From an uncultured archaeon (GTDB taxonomy: Archaea; Thermoplasmatota; Penumbrarchaeia; JASLWR01), in assembly GCA_964342815.1 (NCBI GenBank), contig CAYFHS010000004.1, positions 81,338-145,337 of the forward strand: a DNA stretch of 64,000 bases, given 5' to 3'. A program made the position numbers and the translations under genes. The notes under the pieces were generated by a model, which did no database searches, was not told where the DNA came from, and saw only the letters and a list, made by a program, of their open reading frames with translations. Positions 56,681 through 64,000 of this stretch are shown here, piece after piece (position 1 is the stretch's first letter; each line of letters starts with the position of its first letter).

Positions 56681-59600
56681 ATGAAGGCTAAACGTGGAAT
56701 AATATTGATGATCATGGTGATGTTTATACTTTCGGGGTTTCCGTTGGTAAATGCCGATAATACAAGTTCCGCAATACCCCAATCCGACTATGGTATTTAT
56801 TCGGATATGAGCGAGCTGATGGCCGAGATGGATGCGAATCGGGATTCCCCTGACATCATAAACGCCTCAGAGAGACGTCTGGAAGAGGAGTTCGCAACCA
56901 ATGAAATGCCCGCAATCGATCCCTCGGATGAGTTCGAGTTGAAGACACTCGCCCCTCAGGACCCTTACGAGAGAACCCCCACAATATTTGGGGATATGGA
57001 GGATTATGAGAATATCTACGGCAAGGATTCAATACTGGAATTTCTAATGGATAGGGGCATTTCCAATTACTATATCTATACAAGATATCAGGGTCGTTAT
57101 CAATTCACCAGGGATTTCTGGAGAAATATACTCATCCTTCCCATGGACCTCAGTAACGGGGCCGAGATCGATATCGACGAGAATCCCAATACGGGAGACG
57201 TTAACGGTAATGAGATATTCGTATCGCTGAAGCCCACGGTCACAATATTAAAAATGCCCACCATTTTCCCATTCAACAGGACGCTGGTGCTGCAGATCGG
57301 ACTTCGAGTGGAATTCAAAAGGCTTGTACCCACAATTCCATACCCCCTTGCCGTACAGGTCATAAAATATGCATCGTATCAGGAAAAGAACTATATTATC
57401 AACATGGGGGTCGATTTTAAAAAAGTACCGTCAAATCTCACAGTGATCCTCTACACCGAAAAGATGAACATCAAACTTGCTCCGGGAGAATTCCTATTGA
57501 ATTTTATTGAAAATTATCTCTCGGGCAACCCCGGGATCGTGGATGGCGATTCCAGCATACTCTCATCAATGCAAGGCCCATATCACATCAGCTACGAGCT
57601 TCCCAAGGAGTCCGCCGAGCTCATCAGTGAAATATCCGTGGGAGTGGGTCTCACCGAGGTATTGAGGGGTGTGAGGGGAAAAGTTTCCTGGCTGATGATG
57701 GATATCGAAAACGCCCTGGGGAACGAATTCATTCCAGTTACGGGAAATATGGTTATGGATAGTGAAACCCTGATGTCCCCTATGGACTATGGTATGTGGG
57801 AAGGTCGTGACGTCCACGGGAATTTCACGAAATGCAACATCAAGACCAACTATTATGACGAAAGCGAAATTCTCACCTATGCTGCCAGCATGATGAACGA
57901 CGTTCCCGGGAAATTCAATATCACCGTGGATTATTCCAAGACCGTGAACGGCACAAACGTCACACCAATCAAATACAGGGGGGCGGACCGCATGAGTCAC
58001 ATGGCTTACCGGCACACCCAATTCCTGGAAGGCTTCGTATCTCGCGAATACAGGACCATGGGTATGACCATGGAGCATATACCAAGGGACTTCAATATGG
58101 AAATCACCAGCGATATAAATCGGGATATGCCATCGGTCCTTACCGCTAACGCTTCACTCAATATATTGTCACAGATGGTAGACGGTCTAATGGGGTATAT
58201 AGTTGAAAGGTTTTCGAGGATCGGCCGTGTTATGGGAGGAATGGCCACAGGTGTCACCGACCTTCCCCAGAGGGATGGGTGGATGGAACTGGAGGTCCTC
58301 GGTGACGATCATTTCGGTGCGGTGGAATTCTATAGAAGTTCGGACGTTTACCTGGCGCCTGTGGAAGGTAAGAATTTCGATTATCTTACTATGATTAACC
58401 GATCAGGATATTTATCGGATTCGACGAACGTATCCGGCCTTGAGCTGCAACCCATGGCCGGAAGAATATCGGGTGTGAACCGCCTTTACATGAATTTTTC
58501 AGACGAAGCTCATCTCGGTATGCTTCTCCCGGGAAGGACTAAAGAGGATGAGTTCAAGATGATGTTCAGGGATGGAGACACTCTCTTCCACGTGGGTTTC
58601 TCAAATCTTCCAAGGGGATTGGAGATGAACGTGGGACGTGATGAGATGCTGCTTCAAATGGATCGGGGGTCTGGTCCAGTGGTCCACATAGAAGAGATGA
58701 CCGCGATATACCAGGATCCGGAGCAGTATATGTGCGCCAGGGTAAGTGACGTATCCCACGAGATCCGATACAGGGAAGACGAAGGCACCCTGGAGATATA
58801 CTCCCCCGTACCGTTCGGCAAAATAGAGTTTTATCTAAGCAATGATACCGGCACACCTTTCAGAGTTATGGAGGGGAATTACGCTCATCTATTCCAGGAT
58901 CGCGATCGGGTGATCCTGTCAGGACAGGTGCACTCACTGAAACACATCAGGTACAAGCCCGGAGCTCAAGGCAATTTCGTGATGGAGTACGAGAACGAGA
59001 CCTCGTTCAAGGGATATCTCTACAATAGCATGGACGGTGGAAGCGAAGCGAAGGTATTGATCGATCCACTCCCCAGCAACTTTTCCTTCGATATGCCAGG
59101 AGCAATCGGTGACCTGGAGTTCCAGCTTCCGGATATAGTAAACATCACTGGAACAATGGACCTATCCTCTCTGATATCCAGTGCCGCTCTGATGGTGAAC
59201 AATATTGTATATCTCAGTTCCCGCCTGACCGTGGCTTTCCTGGAGAACATTGGCGGGATATCTCAGGAGGTCAAGTTCGATTACATACTCCAGGAGGGTG
59301 AGACCCTGGACATCCTTGGATACTTCAGGAAAGGGGATACTTCCGAACTTCGCAAGGTCCATTGGGTACATGGAATATCGCTATCCCAGAGCGTTAGCGG
59401 GGGAACGGTGGGAATGGAAGGGAAATTGTACCTCCAGGGAATGCCAAAAAAGGGCGAGATACGCTCGAACATCACCGGTGACGACGTTACTGTGAATCTT
59501 TCCTTCGACGGTTGGAGGCCCGAACACCATTGGTTATTGATAGAGAGTTTTGGTATACAGGACAGGGACGCGGTGGTCTATTTCAACGGATTGAAGACCA

Positions 59601-60535
59601 ATATCGATTTCCATCTCGACATGGACCTTACCACCAATATGAGCATAGGCGGCAAGATCGCCGGAAACATTTCAATGGACTGCTCGTCGAACCCCGGGCA
59701 GTTGTACGTTCATTTCATGAAATACGGGGTCATTACCGGGGCTACGGAGATCCTTTTTTCATCGCTGCCCCAAAGCATGAGGATTTCCATTCTCGTATTT
59801 GACGAGATCGCTTTCGATTATTCCGCAACTTCTCCCATAGAATATATCTATCTTACCAATTCGCGCTTGATCGATGGAAAATGGTATCATGTGAACGGTC
59901 TTATTCATGATGTGGTGAAAAGAATAAAATTTTCCCTGACCCCAGAGTCGGTTTTCGATCCGAAACGCCCCATATTCATACAGGGACTTCCGAGGATTGA
60001 CCTTTCCACCACCTCAAACGAGGGTAGCCTGGATCTATATTTCAAGGTAGAGGGAAGGGTGATGGGGCTGGTGGGCAATTTTGAATTCCAGGCACAGGAC
60101 GTTTTAGGCTTTAAAGCTTCTCCCGTAGAGAAGGGTAGCGGTTTCAGTATAGAAAGCGAGGGGATGTCTTATTTCTCGTTATTGGCAACTGATCTTCCGC
60201 TTATGGAATCTTTTCGTTTAGGAAATCTTGAAATGCGTGGCTCGGGGTTGGAACGGGTGACTGTGGAGGTGGATATGGTCTTCGGTGTTTACCCTGTCTT
60301 TGAGTTCTCGGACATCAAAACGGACAGCCTTCAGATGAATATAAACGGGATACTCAAATTCGGGGACCTGTCCTACGATGCCAGAGTATCTCTAATAAGC
60401 ATATCCATGGAGAACCTGGGCTCTGCAATGGAAATATACAATAACAAGCTGGCCTTTGGGGAAAAGAGTGAAAAACGTCAGGTCATACCGGCGCCAATTC
60501 TGACTCTCTGGTATACGCTGCTTGATATCGACTAA
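56681..60535 (+). CDS. Large secreted beta-rich hypothetical protein (~1284 aa)
   Basis: Signal-peptide-like MKAKRGIILMIMVMFILSGFPLVNA and a long open frame. No family motif recognised. Confidence 0.75.
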   Translation: MKAKRGIILMIMVMFILSGFPLVNADNTSSAIPQSDYGIYSDMSELMAEMDANRDSPDIINASERRLEEEFATNEMPAIDPSDEFELKTLAPQDPYERTPTIFGDMEDYENIYGKDSILEFLMDRGISNYYIYTRYQGRYQFTRDFWRNILILPMDLSNGAEIDIDENPNTGDVNGNEIFVSLKPTVTILKMPTIFPFNRTLVLQIGLRVEFKRLVPTIPYPLAVQVIKYASYQEKNYIINMGVDFKKVPSNLTVILYTEKMNIKLAPGEFLLNFIENYLSGNPGIVDGDSSILSSMQGPYHISYELPKESAELISEISVGVGLTEVLRGVRGKVSWLMMDIENALGNEFIPVTGNMVMDSETLMSPMDYGMWEGRDVHGNFTKCNIKTNYYDESEILTYAASMMNDVPGKFNITVDYSKTVNGTNVTPIKYRGADRMSHMAYRHTQFLEGFVSREYRTMGMTMEHIPRDFNMEITSDINRDMPSVLTANASLNILSQMVDGLMGYIVERFSRIGRVMGGMATGVTDLPQRDGWMELEVLGDDHFGAVEFYRSSDVYLAPVEGKNFDYLTMINRSGYLSDSTNVSGLELQPMAGRISGVNRLYMNFSDEAHLGMLLPGRTKEDEFKMMFRDGDTLFHVGFSNLPRGLEMNVGRDEMLLQMDRGSGPVVHIEEMTAIYQDPEQYMCARVSDVSHEIRYREDEGTLEIYSPVPFGKIEFYLSNDTGTPFRVMEGNYAHLFQDRDRVILSGQVHSLKHIRYKPGAQGNFVMEYENETSFKGYLYNSMDGGSEAKVLIDPLPSNFSFDMPGAIGDLEFQLPDIVNITGTMDLSSLISSAALMVNNIVYLSSRLTVAFLENIGGISQEVKFDYILQEGETLDILGYFRKGDTSELRKVHWVHGISLSQSVSGGTVGMEGKLYLQGMPKKGEIRSNITGDDVTVNLSFDGWRPEHHWLLIESFGIQDRDAVVYFNGLKTNIDFHLDMDLTTNMSIGGKIAGNISMDCSSNPGQLYVHFMKYGVITGATEILFSSLPQSMRISILVFDEIAFDYSATSPIEYIYLTNSRLIDGKWYHVNGLIHDVVKRIKFSLTPESVFDPKRPIFIQGLPRIDLSTTSNEGSLDLYFKVEGRVMGLVGNFEFQAQDVLGFKASPVEKGSGFSIESEGMSYFSLLATDLPLMESFRLGNLEMRGSGLERVTVEVDMVFGVYPVFEFSDIKTDSLQMNINGILKFGDLSYDARVSLISISMENLGSAMEIYNNKLAFGEKSEKRQVIPAPILTLWYTLLDID

Positions 60536-60536
60536 A

Positions 60537-61172
60537 TTACATTATCCAACGTACTATCTCGAAGGCCTCGGCATATTTGCAGTTGATCTGAACGCCCCTG
60601 GTCTTTGCAAGGGATTCTATGTAACCCGCATCGAAATATCCTCTTTTCTGGAATGATTGGGATGCGTAGCAATCCAATGCTTTTAATTTTCTATCAAGGT
60701 GTCTACGCTCGATAGGGGAGAAGGCGGTGGTGGTGATGGTAATGTTGTTCCAGGGTTCCTCATAAGCCACTATGGTGTTCTTTCTTCTGAACGCTCTAAT
60801 TGCTTCTACTGCCACTGTATGATGGTCCTGGTGAACGTCCTGGAGAGACGGTATGAAAACCATATCCGGAGCTATGTCCACTCTTGCATCCTCCAGCATG
60901 TTGAAGATCTCGTAACGCTGCCTTGGAAAACGCTTGTTCTCGAATTCGCATACCTTCACGTTCGATGATGGGATCCCGAGAATTTTCGTTGCCTCGTAAC
61001 ACTCAGTTATCAGAGTATCCTCCGGAAAACCTTCTGGGATGGTATTCTTGCACGGTGTAACGCCGATATAATAAACCTCTTTCCCCTCTTCGATGAACTT
61101 GACGAGGGTTCCTCCGCATCCCAGTTCACCGTCATCGGGATGGGGGGATAAAACCAGAATTCTGTCGAACAT
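60537..61172 (-). CDS. PIG-L/LmbE family deacetylase
   Basis: LSPHPDDGELGCGGTL, HQDH, AEAF. ATG 61172 follows GTGAGG. Confidence 0.92.
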   Translation of the reverse strand: MFDRILVLSPHPDDGELGCGGTLVKFIEEGKEVYYIGVTPCKNTIPEGFPEDTLITECYEATKILGIPSSNVKVCEFENKRFPRQRYEIFNMLEDARVDIAPDMVFIPSLQDVHQDHHTVAVEAIRAFRRKNTIVAYEEPWNNITITTTAFSPIERRHLDRKLKALDCYASQSFQKRGYFDAGYIESLAKTRGVQINCKYAEAFEIVRWIM

Positions 61173-61387
61173 GTAGAACCTCACTAATATATTCTGACTG
61201 ATGAAAGCTGATGTATACCTTTGAATAAACAGTTTTCGGTATGGGGTGAAGCCGCGGAAAAAAAGGGTAGAGATCGTAGAACGTTATCAGAAAGCTTATA
61301 CATTTTCCTATCCCGTTTTCACCATAAATTATTTATAAACTTTAAAACATCTGATTATGCTTTAAAAGTTCCCCTGCAACTGGAGAG

Positions 61388-64000
61388 ATGGAAATGGATG
61401 TAAAGATTGGAAATAATAACCATGCAACTGCTAAAAGATTGACTTCATTGCTTACTATCTGGTTATTCGTAAGTACCGGGCTTCTTGGATTGCTTCTTTT
61501 GGCTGATGAAGATATTGTTGCCAGCGCAGCAGGTCCTACGTATATCACTTCGAACCCTTATTATGCCGCACCGGTTACGTGGTCCGAGGCAAACAGTCCC
61601 TACGTTCTCAATTCAAGCGTGACCATCAAGGACGGTGCCAAGCTCACCATAGAGCCGGGAGTTATAGTGAAGATCAACGGCAATCACCAGATCTACGTCG
61701 GATCAGGCTCCACCCACCGTGCAAATCTCTGGGCAGTGGGAACCAGTACTAAAAGAATCGTGTTCACCTCATATCACGATGATACGGAAGGAGGAGATAC
61801 GAATGGCAACGGGGGTGATACAGCCCCGGCAAAAGGACAATGGAGCCGCATCTATTTTGATTATATCGATAACATCAATCTCAACAGGATCGAACACTGT
61901 AACATAAAATACGCTAATGAGGGCATACGGTTCGAGGATGGGTCTGTGACGGTCACACAATGTAATATAAGCTACAATAATTATGGAATTCGCGCCTATG
62001 GCACCGGTGTTTCCCCCACCATCTCCAATTGTAACATAACGAATAATACGAACGGGATCTACCTGGAATTTACATCCGCCGGGACCTCGCTTCAATCCAA
62101 TCTGATACGGGACAATAATTACGGTCTGGTCTGCAGCATAGTTCCCACGGTGAACGGAAATACCATAGTGAACAATTCGGTGTGGAGCGGAGGTGAAAGT
62201 CGATTTATTCCTTACAACGTCTGTTTGAAGGGTGACGTTTATGCGGGAAACACCTGGTATTCGTCGCTAAGCCCGTACATCGTGATCGGTGATGTGACGA
62301 TAAGGGATACGTACCTTGTGGAGATCCAGGCAGGAACGACACTTAAGTTCGATCGTTCCGATTATGAATTGCACATAGACGGCAAGCTTACCGCAGTGGG
62401 GACCCCGAACAGCTGGATAACGTTCACATCAAACCGGGCCAATCCAGCAAAGGGGGATTGGGACAAGCTCAATTTCAACCCAATCAATGCAAATTACGAT
62501 GATCATAATAAGCTGCAGTATTGCAGGATCGAATATGCATCATACGGAGTCTATCTGTATTATTCCTCCCCCGCGCTGATCGACCATAATGAGATAGAGA
62601 ACAATACATACGGTATCCGATTGGAGGGAAATTCCAACCCACAAACCGTTACATATAATAATTTCACAAAGAACACATATCCGGTTGATTGTTGCGCACA
62701 CATCCCGGCCCTTGGTACCAATAACTTCACGGCCAATACGTTCAACAATGTGACAATTGGCGGTTATGCTAAGGTTAGCTGCACCTGGCCCGAATCAGAA
62801 AGTCCGTACATAATAAGAGACAGTGTTTACGTAATGGACAATGCCAAGCTGACAATAGAACCGGGCGTTATTGTCAAATTCGATTCGTACAAGCGCATTC
62901 AGGTAGGAACTGGCAGCACGCATCGGGGGGATATCTGGGCAGAGGGTACCGCTGGAAAAAGAATCGTTTTCACGTCTAACAAGGACGATTCCGCAGGGGG
63001 TGACACAAACGGCGACGGGGGGCTGACAAGCCCTGCAAAATCCAACTGGGAATTTATTTATTACTATTACGTGAGCAACAACGCGAACAATAAATGGGAA
63101 TACTGCGACTTCAAATATTCAAATTACGGTCTCAATTTTTATGAAGGAGAGATTGCCGTATCCCGATGTAATTTCTCATATAATACCCGTGGGATAAATG
63201 CCCAGCGGTCCGCATCGAAACCGACGATATCCAACTGCAATATTTCAAACAACACATACGGGATTTATCTGGACGGGACTTCAGCACTGACCGAGCTGAA
63301 TTCGAACCTGATCAGTGATAATAATTACGGCCTTGTTTGCAACATAGTCCCATTGGTTAACGGAAATACCATATTGAATAATTCTTTGTGGAGCGGAGGG
63401 GAGGGGCGGGCCGTTCCCTATAATGTTTGCCTTAAAGGAGATGTTTATGCTGACAATACATGGTACTCGTCGTTAAGCCCCTATATCGTCATAGCTACCG
63501 TCAATATTAGAACTCCGTATCGGGTCACCATTCAGGCAGGGACCGCACTCAAGTTCGATCACTCGTCCTATCAACTCAAGGTCGACGGAAAATTGACCGC
63601 AGTGGGAACAGCGTCCAAGAGGATCACCTTCACCTCGAACCGTCAGAATCCGTCGAAGGGTGATTGGAACAGGATTTTTTTCGAACCGGATGATCCTGGT
63701 AATTACGACCCCTTCAACAAGCTTCAGTACTGCAGGATCGAATTTGCAAGCTATGGAATTTTCTGCACCCATTCCTCCCCCGCCGTACTGGACAACAATG
63801 AGATCGAGAATAACACCTATGGGATACGATTGGAGGGACGCTCAAACCCTACTATCACTAACAGTAATATTACATATAACACATACTCGGTAGACTGCTC
63901 GGCCCACATACCTTCGCTTGTTACCGACAATATCTCTCACAATTCTTACAACAATATCACAGTTGGAGGATATATCTATGATAATGTGATATGGCCTGAA
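61388..64000 (+). CDS. Large secreted right-handed parallel beta-helix repeat protein (partial, runs off the right edge)
   Basis: Not in the ORF track. MEMDVKIG..LLTIWLFVSTGLLGLLLLA signal, then SPY..LTIEPGV and NN.YGI repeats; the frame matches at both ends (871 codons). Confidence 0.88.
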   Translation, partial: MEMDVKIGNNNHATAKRLTSLLTIWLFVSTGLLGLLLLADEDIVASAAGPTYITSNPYYAAPVTWSEANSPYVLNSSVTIKDGAKLTIEPGVIVKINGNHQIYVGSGSTHRANLWAVGTSTKRIVFTSYHDDTEGGDTNGNGGDTAPAKGQWSRIYFDYIDNINLNRIEHCNIKYANEGIRFEDGSVTVTQCNISYNNYGIRAYGTGVSPTISNCNITNNTNGIYLEFTSAGTSLQSNLIRDNNYGLVCSIVPTVNGNTIVNNSVWSGGESRFIPYNVCLKGDVYAGNTWYSSLSPYIVIGDVTIRDTYLVEIQAGTTLKFDRSDYELHIDGKLTAVGTPNSWITFTSNRANPAKGDWDKLNFNPINANYDDHNKLQYCRIEYASYGVYLYYSSPALIDHNEIENNTYGIRLEGNSNPQTVTYNNFTKNTYPVDCCAHIPALGTNNFTANTFNNVTIGGYAKVSCTWPESESPYIIRDSVYVMDNAKLTIEPGVIVKFDSYKRIQVGTGSTHRGDIWAEGTAGKRIVFTSNKDDSAGGDTNGDGGLTSPAKSNWEFIYYYYVSNNANNKWEYCDFKYSNYGLNFYEGEIAVSRCNFSYNTRGINAQRSASKPTISNCNISNNTYGIYLDGTSALTELNSNLISDNNYGLVCNIVPLVNGNTILNNSLWSGGEGRAVPYNVCLKGDVYADNTWYSSLSPYIVIATVNIRTPYRVTIQAGTALKFDHSSYQLKVDGKLTAVGTASKRITFTSNRQNPSKGDWNRIFFEPDDPGNYDPFNKLQYCRIEFASYGIFCTHSSPAVLDNNEIENNTYGIRLEGRSNPTITNSNITYNTYSVDCSAHIPSLVTDNISHNSYNNITVGGYIYDNVIWPE
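61580..64000 (+). repeat. Intragenic tandem duplication with a 1206-bp (402-aa) period
   Basis: Unit-start Trp codons at 61580, 62786 and 63992; the units share GSTHR, GGDTNG, KGDW and NKLQYCRIE motifs. Confidence 0.85.

Noticed and set aside
1-64000. Genome-wide reassignment of TAG or TGA
   Set aside because: Conserved proteins end at their expected C-termini on TAG (gcvH, flxA, pyrG, hicA, wzt) and TGA (dnaJ, parB-like gene). No Sec-type in-frame TGA was seen in hdrA or mvhD.
1-64000. tRNA or rRNA genes
   Set aside because: No tRNA cloverleaf with T-loop and anticodon landmarks and no rRNA-like stretch were recognised; the hairpin elements lack those signatures.

Overview
Archaeal chromosomal window, probably from an anaerobic Thermoplasmatota lineage. 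This is inferred from GGTGA/GGAGG ribosome-binding sites, TATA-like promoters, archaeal-type uppS, THUMP and MNT-HEPN genes, bacterial-type dnaJ/grpE/plsC, and giant Ig/PKD/beta-helix surface proteins. The core is a ~17.5 kb redox island (10.3-27.7 kb). It holds an hdrCB-hdrA-flxDCBA operon whose hdrA is split inside its ferredoxin domain by a complete HydCBA/NuoEFG-like module (HdrA-N::NuoE, NuoF, NuoG-N::HdrA-HdrA). Next to it lie a bacterial-type DRTGG/CBS-kinase/HATPase/PHP regulatory cassette, a GcvH-like lipoyl carrier, and a 16-heme membrane-anchored cytochrome c with a cytochrome b partner. A second accessory region (46.1-52.4 kb) packs five toxin-antitoxin modules, an AT-rich pseudogene, and several copies of a hairpin-rich, covarying non-coding element. 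One of these copies sits in frame inside a relE gene. Also present are a 1967-aa membrane-anchored protein with an inserted C39-like cysteine peptidase domain, several large surface proteins, wzm/wzt, a LarC N-terminal half, a UbiA prenyltransferase and housekeeping genes. No rRNA, tRNA, CRISPR array, integrase or transposase was recognised. All family assignments come from motif recognition by eye; no database search was run.
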